A DNA stretch of 64,000 nt from Cenarchaeum sp. (lineage in GTDB: Archaea; Thermoproteota; Nitrososphaeria; Nitrososphaerales; Nitrosopumilaceae): assembly GCA_963693095.2 (NCBI GenBank), contig OY843768.1, positions 832,001 through 896,000 of the forward strand. Reading direction: 5' to 3'. The position numbers and the translations under genes were made by a program. This document shows, piece after piece, positions 10,019 through 19,122 of this stretch (within the stretch, counting starts at the first letter, position 1; every line of letters starts with the position of its first letter). The notes below the pieces were generated by a model, which saw only the letters and a program-made list of their open reading frames with translations, was not told the origin of the DNA and did not search any database.

Positions 10019-10396
10019 TCAGGACACCGGCGGGAGCTCGCTCTTTTTGCCGTGGCCGCCGGAGCCAAATCGACAGTAAAAGCACAGGTCTGACTGCATG
10101 TGCCCCAGCTTCACGACGTTGATCGCCCCGATCTTTAGCGCAATCTTTGTGAGCATGCGAAACTTGAAGGGCATCGACGGGATGACCTCGTTGAGGTAGA
10201 CGTCATGGTGGTCTGGGCAGAACTTTAGCGTGACTCGCTCGCCGCGCTCGCCAGACGAGTTGAGCATCTCGGTGTGGCGCATCTGCTCCCGAATGTACTC
10301 GTGCTTTGGGCAGGGGCAGTCCTTGCCGCCTGGATGCCGGTACGCCGGAGTGTTCTTCCAGTCAAACCCCGGATACTCGCGCTCAAAGTCGTCCAC
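10019..10396 (-). CDS. Cys/His-rich hypothetical protein
   Basis: CPCPKH, CPDH and CFYC motifs; TTTTAT upstream of GTG 10396. Confidence 0.7.
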   Translation of the reverse strand: MDDFEREYPGFDWKNTPAYRHPGGKDCPCPKHEYIREQMRHTEMLNSSGERGERVTLKFCPDHHDVYLNEVIPSMPFKFRMLTKIALKIGAINVVKLGHMQSDLCFYCRFGSGGHGKKSELPPVS

Positions 10397-10465
10397 GCGA
10401 GAGCGGCCGCGCTTGCGCACATAAAACTTGAGCTGGTCCGCGCAGGCGTGGCAGTCCGTGGATCG

Positions 10466-10936
10466 CTAGCGCTTGCGCCCTGCGGCAAACAGGCCCAGGA
10501 CGTGCTCGGCATGGCCGGCCGGCTTTACCTTTTGGAGAACGTCAAGTATCACCCCATCGGCGCCAACGAGGAACGTTGTCCTGTTTACCCCCATGTACTC
10601 GCGCCCCATGAACTTTTTCTTGCCCCACACGCCAAACATGCTGGCGACCTTGTGGCCAGTGTCAGCTAGGAGCGTGTATGGTATGCCCATCTTTGCGCAG
10701 AATTTCTTGTGCGATGTCTCGTCATCAGGGCTTATTCCCACGATGACGATGCCGGCTTTTTTGAATTTTGCGTGCTCGCGCGTAAACTCGTCGGCCTGTG
10801 TCGTGCAGCCCGGCGTAAAGTCCTTTGGATAGAAATAGATCGCGCATTTCTTGCCCGCAAGGTCGGCTGACGAGAATGTGTTGCCGTCAGCATCGGTGAG
10901 CTCAAAGTCAGGCAGCGCGTCTCCGGTGGATATCAC
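10466..10936 (-). CDS. bcp: peroxiredoxin Bcp/PrxQ
   Basis: YFYPKDFTPGCTTQA. Confidence 0.95.
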   Translation of the reverse strand: MISTGDALPDFELTDADGNTFSSADLAGKKCAIYFYPKDFTPGCTTQADEFTREHAKFKKAGIVIVGISPDDETSHKKFCAKMGIPYTLLADTGHKVASMFGVWGKKKFMGREYMGVNRTTFLVGADGVILDVLQKVKPAGHAEHVLGLFAAGRKR

Positions 10937-11669
10937 GTCACGCGCGGCTCCCCAGAGTCAGCTTATGTACCTTTGTGACGGGGCAGGATGCGCCAGGGCC
11001 AACTCGCGCAGGCGAGGTGGGCAAAGTCGGATTTGTTTTGGCGGGCCAATAGTGGCCGAGGGATGGCAGTGCGCCAGATGTCAAGACGATCATGCCGTGA
11101 ATGTGGTGTAAAGTGTCCACCTAGTGTTCGCAGACATTCCAGTGAGGCCATGGATTGGATCATGGATGTGGTAGTCATTGGTTGTGTCAGAGGTCAATGT
11201 CTAGCTTGCGCAAAAGCGCCTTTCCAGCCACAACGTTTTCCACTGTGATGTCCCAGCCAAACCTGTATGCAGTATCACGAATAGCCTCATCGGTTTTGGG
11301 CTTGGGGATATGGCAGCAGTCATGGTTTGTGGTCGCATAATGCACCTTGGCCGCATGGGAGAGCACAGTGGAGGTCAAGAATTCCAACTCTTTCTTGCAA
11401 TCGGCGATAATTCTCTCGATCATTTTAATTGCTGTTCCGGAGAGTAGTTGGTGAGTAGGTTTGGCATGCTTTCGACCATGGTCCGTAATGCCATATGCGT
11501 ACCTTGTGTGACGCCTATCCCGTAGTGGAACTTCGTACACGCATCCCATCGAGAGCAATTCTGACAGGGTCGCAGCAACGTCCACGCTGTATGGGCCAAA
11601 ATACTGTGGGCTATACTCTATTCGGTTGTTGGGCACCTTTAGGGTTATAAGGTAGATGATCATCTGAAG

Positions 11670-13184
11670 GTATGAGGTCAGCACCTAGACCGCACGCATG
11701 ACCTCCTCGACCACGCTCTTCCCCATGGCCCTCCACGTCAGGAAGCACGTCAGGAGGATAGACATGCGCCTGGCAGCCGGCGCGCCCCCCTTGAGCTGGC
11801 CGCTCACCTTGCGGCGCACGACCACGTCGCGCAGCTCCCTCTCGGCGGCGTTGTTCGTGGGCGCGACGCCGGCGTGCTCGCAGAACGCGAACATCTGCGG
11901 CGCGGCGCGGCGGAGCCTGGCCACGGCGCGCGCCAGCTCCACGCCCCCGCCGTCGTCGTGCCGGTCCAGCAGCGACGCCAGGGCGTCCTCCATCGCGCGC
12001 CGCAGCTCCGCGCACGGCGCGACGGCGGTGTCCCTGGCGGCGCGGTACAGCGAGAGGAGGTCGGCGTGCAGCCCGGGCAGCCCCCCGCCGTGCATCCTGG
12101 CGGCGTGCTCCACGGCGCGCAGCTCGTGCGCCCAGCACCGCTGGTGCATCCCGCCGGCGTCGAACCTGTTGTACGCCGGGTGCCCGTCGGTTATCGCCAC
12201 GCCTTCGTACCCTGGGAGTATCACGTCGAGCACCTGCGCGCCCCTGCTCTTGCTGAACTCCACCCCGACATGGCACTCGTGCTTCGCCGCCCACGTCCAG
12301 TGGCCCTCGCCGGAGCTTGGGAACCCCGTCTCGTCCACGTGCACGTGCGGCGCCCTCCTGATCTCCGCCCATATGCGCTCGGCCTCCGGCTCCAGCGCGT
12401 CGGCCACGTTGTCCCTTATGCGCAGCACGGTCGCCTTTGACATGGGGACCCCGTGCACTTCCAGCATCTCGGTGGCGATCTGCTCGACGGGCGTCCGAGC
12501 GCGCACGGACGACGCCACGGCGCCGACGAGCCTCCTGCCGTAGGACCCGCGGGCCGGCAGGCCGGAGTCCGCCCGCCGCGTCGCGCCGCAGTCCGCGCAC
12601 GTGGCCGACTCGACATAGTGCCGCGTCTCGACCGGCCGCGGGGGCGGGATCTCGATGATGTCGCGCACCGCCACCGTGACCTCCATGCGGCCGCCGCACT
12701 CGCACGGCCCGCGGCCAACGCGGTGCCGCTCCGTCTCGGTCGGCGCGTGCCGGCGCGACGTGCCGCGGTGGCCAGGCCTCCCGCCGGGCGTCCCGTGCGG
12801 CGGGAGCTCGCCGCGCTCCCTCGCGCGCCGCACCTCGCGCTTCCTCCTCTTGTGCTCCAGCGACGCCGACGACGGCGGCGTGTTGGAGTTCTGGTAGTAC
12901 GACAGCGTGCGCCTCATGGTGTCGTTCTCCGCCTCCAGCTCGGCGATCCTCTCGTCCCTCGACCTGACGGTGTCCTCCAGCCCGTGGACCTCCCCCTGCA
13001 GCTCCTTGACCTGCAGGCCCAGCGCCCTGGAGATCCCCTCGACGGCCCTGAGCCTGCCATTGAGCTGTGCCAGCGTGCTGTCCTGCTTCCCGCGACCCTT
13101 CACGCCCCGGCGCGCCCCCAGCGGTAAATGGATCGGTAGGATCGCGCCTATTTGACCAAATGGGCAGGGGTGCTGACCTCATAC
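11670..13184. mobile_element. IS66-family insertion sequence, single-ORF (ISBst12-like)
   Basis: Perfect 16-bp TIRs GTATGAGGTCAGCACC (11670-11685) and GGTGCTGACCTCATAC (13169-13184); 8-bp TSD ATCTGAAG at 11662-11669 and 13185-13192. Confidence 0.95.
11685..13103 (-). CDS. IS66 DDE transposase (TnpC-like)
   Basis: N-terminal coiled coil, NSNTPPSS, CECG/CADCG, HVDETG, ITDGHPAY, QRCWAHELR, PTNNAAERELR. Confidence 0.95.
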   Translation of the reverse strand: MKGRGKQDSTLAQLNGRLRAVEGISRALGLQVKELQGEVHGLEDTVRSRDERIAELEAENDTMRRTLSYYQNSNTPPSSASLEHKRRKREVRRARERGELPPHGTPGGRPGHRGTSRRHAPTETERHRVGRGPCECGGRMEVTVAVRDIIEIPPPRPVETRHYVESATCADCGATRRADSGLPARGSYGRRLVGAVASSVRARTPVEQIATEMLEVHGVPMSKATVLRIRDNVADALEPEAERIWAEIRRAPHVHVDETGFPSSGEGHWTWAAKHECHVGVEFSKSRGAQVLDVILPGYEGVAITDGHPAYNRFDAGGMHQRCWAHELRAVEHAARMHGGGLPGLHADLLSLYRAARDTAVAPCAELRRAMEDALASLLDRHDDGGGVELARAVARLRRAAPQMFAFCEHAGVAPTNNAAERELRDVVVRRKVSGQLKGGAPAARRMSILLTCFLTWRAMGKSVVEEVMRAV

Positions 13185-13288
13185 ATCTGAAGGGCAGTGC
13201 TTTCGTGGATCATTCCGTCATTGGAGATGAGCGCGAGCTCTATAGCATCATAGGCGTCAAGTGCTGTTATGTCCGTGGCCTGACTCAC

Positions 13289-13392
13289 TGCGAACCCCCC
13301 ACGTCGCTGTCTAAATTAATGCTTGTGTGCGTCAAGTGTCAACCCACGATTAACGCAACATTGACAAGGTTTTATCCCCAGATGATCGCAGT
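13289..13392. repeat. duplicated upstream/promoter region, copy A
   Basis: Aligns with 14074-14177 (GCTGTCTAAATTAA, GTGCGTCAAGTGT, AACGCAACATTGACA, CCCCAGATGATCGCAGT). Confidence 0.9.
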
Positions 13393-13488
13393 GTGTGGGG
13401 TCGGCATGTTCTAGGCGCGTTGATGAAATTATCCGCCTCTCGAGACATCCCAATCAATCCATGAATGGGATCACGGGCATAACGGTGG

Positions 13489-14073
13489 TCACAGGTCAAA
13501 GTCGACAAGTTTTAACTTGCGCAAAAGTGCATGGCCTGCACGTATGTCATCCTCATCGAGGTTCCACCGTATGCCATATGCCACATCATGAATATCTCGC
13601 AGTGTTTGAAGTTTGGGCTTCTGACGCCTTTCTTGGTATTTGATGGAATAGTGAACCTTGGCGGCATGCGAAAGCTCGTTAAAGCGCAGCTTGCATTCAG
13701 ATTCACAAATGTTCACAATTTCCCGTATGGCATCAATCGTGCTTTTTGGGTGGCTACGAAATGCTATATCCGCAACCTCTTTGCCAAAGTCTGTCAAGAC
13801 GCATTTGTACGCCCTGTGGTCCCCTCGCGGGACGGGAATCTCATATGCGCATCCCGAAGAGCAGAAATCCGCAAGGTTGGCAGCCACCCTAGGGCTAAAT
13901 GGGCCATAGTAGTGTGGCACAAAGTCTATCTGGCTCCCGGGAACCTTTTGTGATGCAAAGTAGACCAGTTTGTGGAGCACTGTTCTTCCCGGAATTTCGT
14001 TGTTGTGCACGCTAAAGACGATGCTCATGGCATCGATGGCGTCAAGTACTGTCGTGTCCGTGGCCTGACTCAA
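13489..14073 (-). CDS. YwgA/DUF4065 (Panacea/SocA-like) domain protein
   Basis: GRTVLHKLVYF...FVPHYYGPFS...LTDFG pattern; TTG start. Confidence 0.7.
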   Translation of the reverse strand: MSQATDTTVLDAIDAMSIVFSVHNNEIPGRTVLHKLVYFASQKVPGSQIDFVPHYYGPFSPRVAANLADFCSSGCAYEIPVPRGDHRAYKCVLTDFGKEVADIAFRSHPKSTIDAIREIVNICESECKLRFNELSHAAKVHYSIKYQERRQKPKLQTLRDIHDVAYGIRWNLDEDDIRAGHALLRKLKLVDFDL

Positions 14074-14177
14074 TGCAAACCTCCCACGGCGCTGTCTAAA
14101 TTAAGGCTGGCGTGCGTCAAGTGTTAACCTGCGATCAACGCAACATTGACACGATCTTGCCCCCAGATGATCGCAGT
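14074..14177. repeat. duplicated upstream/promoter region, copy B
   Basis: Same 104-bp block as 13289-13392; includes the TTAATTTA TATA-like box on the minus strand. Confidence 0.9.
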
Positions 14178-14218
14178 TGTCGATGGCTTTATAAGCACTG
14201 GATCCGCCAATTTGACGC

Positions 14219-14929
14219 ATGAGCGGGCCGAGAGCATGGATCGCCGAGGCGATAGCGACGTACGCGCTAGTGTTCTTTGGATCGCTCTCAGTCGTCCTAG
14301 GCGTGGCCGTCTATGGCGGAGGGGAGATGACAAACGAGGGACTCTTGCTCATATCGGTCACACACGGCGGAATTATCGCGATCATGGTGTACGCTTTTGG
14401 GCACATATCAGGCGCGCACATCAACCCCGCAGTCACGATACCCATGGTCATCACGAGGCAGATCAGCGTTCGCGAGGGGATCGGCTATGTCGGTGCCCAG
14501 ATAGCCGGTGCCGTCATAGCATCAGCGACTATTGCTGCCATAATGCCAGACCTTGCAAAGACTGTGGCCTTTGCCGGCCACACCGGCCCTAGTGAGCTCA
14601 TCGGGAACAGCGTCGCCTCGGGATTCCTAGTCGAGGTCATACTGACGTTCTTTCTTGTCCTTGCCATATTCATGGGAATTGTCCACAAAAAGGCGCCTGC
14701 CGGATGGCACGGCTTTATCGTCGGCGGCATAATCACGATCATCCACCTAGTCGGCGTTCCCCTGACGGGCGCGTCGGTAAACCCCGCAAGGTCATTCGGA
14801 CCGGCCGTCTTTTCTGGCGTGTGGGAGTTTCACTGGATGTACTGGGTCGCGCCCATAGTCGGGGGAATCATCGCAGGTGTCCTCATGAACTATATCTATG
14901 TAAAGCGCGACGCGCCCGAGCAGTCCTAG
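14219..14929 (+). CDS. MIP-family aquaporin
   Basis: ISGAHINPAVT and GASVNPARSFGPA (two NPA motifs). Confidence 0.96.
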   Translation: MSGPRAWIAEAIATYALVFFGSLSVVLGVAVYGGGEMTNEGLLLISVTHGGIIAIMVYAFGHISGAHINPAVTIPMVITRQISVREGIGYVGAQIAGAVIASATIAAIMPDLAKTVAFAGHTGPSELIGNSVASGFLVEVILTFFLVLAIFMGIVHKKAPAGWHGFIVGGIITIIHLVGVPLTGASVNPARSFGPAVFSGVWEFHWMYWVAPIVGGIIAGVLMNYIYVKRDAPEQS

Positions 14930-15576
14930 GCAGGCACCGAGTGCGGCAGGACGGTTCGTTTTCTTCCGGCCCTTTGGGCAATGCTCCTTGCAGACAGCAT
15001 GTCTCGCGTTCCACGCCGGTTGAGACGGCGCGTGCGCGGGCTGGTCCCGTGCTCATCGACGAGCTCTAGCTCAAATGACGAGCAGTACCGCAGGTTTAGC
15101 AGGTCGCATATCTTTTTCGTGACTGTCATGTTGCCGCTGCCAATCCTGACTGTCTTTTTGCGCGCCCCAAGGCCGACCATGAGGTCTATCATGTGCGACA
15201 CAAGCTCGTCAACGGACGTGTGAAACGACGTGCCAATCTCGCGCCCACAGTAAAAGATCGACAGGCCCGTGCGGCTGCCAGGATCAACGCCGAGCACAAG
15301 ATCATCCCCCAGTGGGCGATGGCCGAGCTTTTGCATGATCATCCCGCACAGCAGCACTGGGTGCGTCTCAGACGTCTCCTCGTGCAGCACCGGAACGTGC
15401 AGGCCCGCCGGAGTCTCGGCGCGCGTGGAGAGCACTAGATCCCCGCCGTATCCGGACATGCGAGACGGGGTGATCGAGTCAAAGCGGACACCAAGTTCGC
15501 GCAACGACCTCACAAACCTGTAATAGTGCCTGCCGTGTGCAGTGGCCACCGCTATTCTTGCGCCGCGCAGCAGCAT
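14926..15576 (-). CDS. conserved archaeal protein with RNase H-like (YqgF-like) motif
   Basis: VLGVDPGSRTGL, RIGSG, LVDEHGTS, RDMLSA; start uncertain. Confidence 0.65.
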   Translation of the reverse strand: MLLRGARIAVATAHGRHYYRFVRSLRELGVRFDSITPSRMSGYGGDLVLSTRAETPAGLHVPVLHEETSETHPVLLCGMIMQKLGHRPLGDDLVLGVDPGSRTGLSIFYCGREIGTSFHTSVDELVSHMIDLMVGLGARKKTVRIGSGNMTVTKKICDLLNLRYCSSFELELVDEHGTSPRTRRLNRRGTRDMLSARSIAQRAGRKRTVLPHSVPA

Positions 15577-15604
15577 GCCGTCAGGGCCTGACGGAGCCGC
15601 GGCG

Positions 15605-15934
15605 CTATGACCTGAGTATCTCCGAGACGGCATAGTTGACAGCGTCGCCAAGGTTGGCGTCGATGCGCGACTGTATGTCGGCCAGGCGGGCATCGCCATC
15701 GCCCTTTATGCGCGCTGACTCGGACTCGGCGTCCTTTCGTGCCCCGTCGACTATGGACTTTGCCTCGGCAGTCGCCATCTCGCGCACGCGCGCCATCAGG
15801 GCATCAGACTCAGAAGAGGCCTTGGTGGCCAGTGACTTTTTCATGTCCGCGACGCGCCCGCCAAGCTCGTCAATTCCAGTCTCCACTGACTTGATCGAGT
15901 TCATCACGCCGCTTACCTGCGTCTGCGCCATCAT
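15605..15934 (-). CDS. A/V-type ATPase peripheral-stalk subunit G/H-like coiled-coil protein
   Basis: About 109-aa charged alanine-rich helix (EAKSIVDGARKDAESESARI). Confidence 0.6.
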   Translation of the reverse strand: MMAQTQVSGVMNSIKSVETGIDELGGRVADMKKSLATKASSESDALMARVREMATAEAKSIVDGARKDAESESARIKGDGDARLADIQSRIDANLGDAVNYAVSEILRS

Positions 15935-16063
15935 CAGGCGCTGCCCAGGGCCGCATAAATAAACCGTATTGTGCAGGCGGCCACCTGGTGGCGCGCCCTG
16001 ACACGCGTCACAAGATCGGCGGCGCACGCCGCGTGCGTGATCGCACGGGGGTGCGTGAGTGGA

Positions 16064-16140
16064 TGGTGGGATTGGCAGGACTTGAACCTGCGGCCTCTGG
16101 TACCCAAAACCAGAATCATACCATGCTAGACTACAATCCC
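16064..16140 (-). tRNA. tRNA-Pro(TGG), CCA encoded
   Basis: GGGATTG acceptor stem, anticodon arm CTGGT-TTTGGGT-ACCAG, T-arm GCAGG-TTCAAGT-CCTGC, ends ACCA. Confidence 0.96.
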
Positions 16141-16231
16141 AGCAGGCCGCCGCGAGCGGCTCCCCCAATTTAACCCTGCCATGGCACGCGGCGCGATCTC
16201 ATTAAATAGAGACTCCTGCGGGCATGGGCCC

Positions 16232-17143
16232 ATGGGACGCGACGAGTATGTCAAGGCAGGCAAGATAGCGTCTGCTGTAAGGGAGACTGTCCGGGGCATG
16301 GATCTCGGGGGCAAGACGGCCCTTGAGGTCTGCGAGGGCGTCGAGGCGGACATACGCAGGCGGGGCGCCAGGTGCGCATTTCCCGTAAACGTCAGCATCA
16401 ACAACGTCGCTGCCCACTATACGGCCGAGCCCGATGACACGCTCGTGATCGGCGAGTCAGACACGGTAAAGGTAGACATGGGCGCGCATATTGACGGCCA
16501 CATTGCAGACACTGCCGTGACGGTGAACATGGATCCCGACTATGACGTGATAGTCAACGCCGCCGAGGATGCGCTAAGCGAGGCCATGGCAGTCGTGCAG
16601 GCCGGCGCCAAGACGCGCGACATTGGGCGTGCCATAGAGCGTGCCATCAAGCGCCACTCGTGCAAGCCAATAGTAAACCTGACAGGGCACTCCCTTGACC
16701 AGTACGAGCTGCATGCGGGCAAGTCAATACCCAACACGTGGGCGGTCCGCTCGTCATCCCTTGACGAGGGGGCAGCATACGCATGCGAGCCGTTTGTCAC
16801 AACGTCGAGCGGACTCGGGTATGTGCGCGACGGCAAGACGAAGAACATATTTGCGCTCGTGTCGCGAAAAAAGACAAAGGACGATTCGGCAAACGAGATG
16901 CTGGACTATATTTGGGAAAACTTTAATGCGCTCCCCTTTGCGCGCAGGTGGCTTGAGCGCTGGGATGCCGACGAGGCCGGACGCCTGCTTGACATCCTGA
17001 TAAAGTCAAAGGCCGTTCACGCATACGCGGTTCTCATCGAGGCCTCAGGCCAGAGGGTCGCACAGGCCGAGCACACGTTTATCGCCGAGGACGGCCACGC
17101 GACTATCACTACGAGCGCACTGGAGAGCCAGAGTACACCATAG
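16232..17143 (+). CDS. map: methionine aminopeptidase type II
   Basis: AFPVNVS..AAHYT, KVDMGAHIDGHIAD, NLTGH, EPF, AQAEHT. Confidence 0.95.
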   Translation: MGRDEYVKAGKIASAVRETVRGMDLGGKTALEVCEGVEADIRRRGARCAFPVNVSINNVAAHYTAEPDDTLVIGESDTVKVDMGAHIDGHIADTAVTVNMDPDYDVIVNAAEDALSEAMAVVQAGAKTRDIGRAIERAIKRHSCKPIVNLTGHSLDQYELHAGKSIPNTWAVRSSSLDEGAAYACEPFVTTSSGLGYVRDGKTKNIFALVSRKKTKDDSANEMLDYIWENFNALPFARRWLERWDADEAGRLLDILIKSKAVHAYAVLIEASGQRVAQAEHTFIAEDGHATITTSALESQSTP

Positions 17144-17300
17144 TGACGCGCGCCTCACCGTCGCACCTAGGGCACTTTGCGCCCCCAAACACGGCATCCC
17201 CCTCGGCGTGCTCGCGCGTCTCGGTTACAGAGCACGCGTCACACCAGATGGCAGTAAGCATGACACTTGGCTGCTCGCGTCGCGACCACGGGAGCCTCAT
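17109..17300 (-). CDS. small zinc-ribbon protein
   Basis: CDAC...CPRC; ATGA-coupled to the upstream DUF1512 gene. Confidence 0.65.
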   Translation of the reverse strand: MRLPWSRREQPSVMLTAIWCDACSVTETREHAEGDAVFGGAKCPRCDGEARVTMVYSGSPVRS

Positions 17301-18403
17301 TGCAGGACCCCTGACGTGTTGCCCACGCCCATTACGGCGACGAGCTCGCCGCTGCGCGTGTTGTCCAGTATGGCGTCCCTGACTGCGTCCTTTGCCGCGT
17401 CAGAGGCCTTTGCGATGGTCTCGGACATTGGCGAGAGGGCATCAGTTATTGACACCTTTATGACCACAGAGTAAACGGGGATGCGCTCGCGCGTTGCCAG
17501 GGCCTCGATCGAGGCCCTCTCGGCCCCGCTGCCCCCCATCGCGGCGCCAAACCCGTGCGCGACGGTGCCAGACTCCTCGCCCTCGAGCTTGAGGGCAGCG
17601 TCGACCATGACTATGGCATCAGGCCGTGTCGTGCCCACCATCGAGGCCAGTGCCTCCTCTAGGCGCCCCACCGTCGGGATGGGCCCGCGCGCCTTTATGA
17701 GAACCAGCCTCCTCCCCTCGAGATCCGAGTCGGCAGCGACGGTCTGAAACGCCACCTCTCGCTTTTCCAGGCCCCCCATCATCGAGCCGACGACCATCGG
17801 CCCAATCCCGTCACCGATGGGCACGCACTTTGCAAATGCGCCCATTGCCGCACGCAGGCCCTCGGCCTGCTCCATGACAAAGGGCAGCATCATCTGCAGC
17901 GGGAGTATGAGCGGATAGTTGTTCTGCCTCTTGGCCGTGAGAAAGAGGTGCGTCACCATGGCATGAAGCGACTTTAGCGTCGCGCACACCTCCACGAGGG
18001 CCTGTGTGCGGGCTATCTCGGACTCGGGCAGGTCCTTTGCGAGGGACGCAATGTGTGCCCTAGTAGAGTCATCGCGCGAGCGGATCACATGGCGCACGCG
18101 CTCGACCATCCCCGCGGGATCCATGTCAATGGGCACTATTGTGAAATAGTCAAGAAACCTGTCAATCCTGTCCTTGAGTCCCGGCGCAATCGCCTTCTCG
18201 GCATGTCTGACAATCTCGTCCCTGGAATCGTCCGTGTACGCCCCAAGCTTGCTTATCTTTTTGCCAATCTCGCCGGACGTTATGTACAGCTGTATCCTCT
18301 GCCCGTAAAACACAAAGATGATCACAGGCAGTATCCAGACTAGCGTAAGGAGCGTGCTGCTGTCATCACCAAGGCTAAAGAACGACTCGAGTGTCTCTTC
18401 CAA
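17297..18403 (-). CDS. DUF1512 family protein
   Basis: PIGDGIGP, VDAALKLEGE, GVGNTSGV; N-terminal TM helix. Confidence 0.85.
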   Translation of the reverse strand: MEETLESFFSLGDDSSTLLTLVWILPVIIFVFYGQRIQLYITSGEIGKKISKLGAYTDDSRDEIVRHAEKAIAPGLKDRIDRFLDYFTIVPIDMDPAGMVERVRHVIRSRDDSTRAHIASLAKDLPESEIARTQALVEVCATLKSLHAMVTHLFLTAKRQNNYPLILPLQMMLPFVMEQAEGLRAAMGAFAKCVPIGDGIGPMVVGSMMGGLEKREVAFQTVAADSDLEGRRLVLIKARGPIPTVGRLEEALASMVGTTRPDAIVMVDAALKLEGEESGTVAHGFGAAMGGSGAERASIEALATRERIPVYSVVIKVSITDALSPMSETIAKASDAAKDAVRDAILDNTRSGELVAVMGVGNTSGVLQ

Positions 18404-18448
18404 CGCGCCAAATGCGACGCGCGCTTCAAATTAAACCCTTGCCCGCAG

Positions 18449-18916
18449 TCACGTGGGCTGCGAGGGCTTTAGATAGTTTGCGTCGACTGTGACCGGAAGC
18501 GAGTATGCCGCATCTAGGAGAACCACGGTGGCCTCCTCCTTTTCGGCATCTATGCGGCTAACTGTCGCCTTCATGCCCTTGAACGGCCCGCCGGTGATCT
18601 CGACAGTCGAGTCGATTGCCAACTGCGAGGCAGACGACCTCTTTATGAGATAGCCCTCTATGTCCTTAAAGTCAAGCTCGCCACGGAGCTGGCCGCGTAT
18701 GTGCCTCACGCCCTCGATCGCGCCGTACGCGAGGTTTGGGTCGGCGGCCTCGATGACGACATACCCCTTTAGGTTGTCAACTAGAAGGACAGACTGGATT
18801 CCAACCTTGCCGAGGCGCGTCTTTGCCTCAAGCATGTTCATGACGACCTTTTCCTGGCCCCCTGTGGTCTTTATCGCAAAGAGGTGCGAGTGCTCGGCGG
18901 CTGCGCTAGTTTCCAT
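18449..18916 (-). CDS. spt5: transcription elongation factor Spt5 (NusG)
   Basis: FAIKTTGGQE, KGYVVIEA, KOW motif VEITGGPFKG. Confidence 0.95.
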   Translation of the reverse strand: METSAAAEHSHLFAIKTTGGQEKVVMNMLEAKTRLGKVGIQSVLLVDNLKGYVVIEAADPNLAYGAIEGVRHIRGQLRGELDFKDIEGYLIKRSSASQLAIDSTVEITGGPFKGMKATVSRIDAEKEEATVVLLDAAYSLPVTVDANYLKPSQPT

Positions 18917-19079
18917 ACGTGATCACCGAAAAGACGAACTGGATGATAAACCCGATGGAACCCACGCACCCTATGCCGAGGAGCGCTAGGCGCAGGTGCT
19001 GCATATAGTCGTCGCGGTCGGACTTTTTGGCCATCTTGACGGTGTTGGCCATGTTCTTGAACGTCTGCTTTGGGTTCAT
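18906..19079 (-). CDS. secE: protein translocase SecE/Sec61-gamma
   Basis: Amphipathic helix plus TM (KMAKKSDRDDY..GSIGFII); upstream of spt5. Confidence 0.88.
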   Translation of the reverse strand: MNPKQTFKNMANTVKMAKKSDRDDYMQHLRLALLGIGCVGSIGFIIQFVFSVITYGN

Positions 19080-19122
19080 TGACGCACGCAAGTTAATATT
19101 GTGTCCTTATATCTTTTGTCCA

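Larger units (their letters stand above)
11187..13288 (-). pseudogene. YwgA/DUF4065(Panacea)-like gene interrupted by IS66
   Basis: Removing 11670-13184 plus one TSD copy restores the in-frame ORF MSQATDITALDAYDAIELALISNDGMIHESTALQ|MIIYLITLKVP...YSPQYFGPYS...LLRKLDIDL, a paralog of 13489-14073. Confidence 0.88.

Noticed and set aside
10940-11186. Short ORFs downstream of the YwgA-like pair as a possible cognate toxin
   Set aside because: Translations lack protein-like features, and the second duplicate unit has no equivalent ORF.
11187-11684. 165-aa ORF treated as a stand-alone gene
   Set aside because: Its start lies inside the IS TIR; it is the 3' part of the interrupted paralog.
11611-13182. 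523-aa alternative-frame ORF across the IS, and other overlapping IS ORFs
   Set aside because: Arg/Gly/Ala-rich shadow frames of the very GC-rich transposase; no recognisable motifs.
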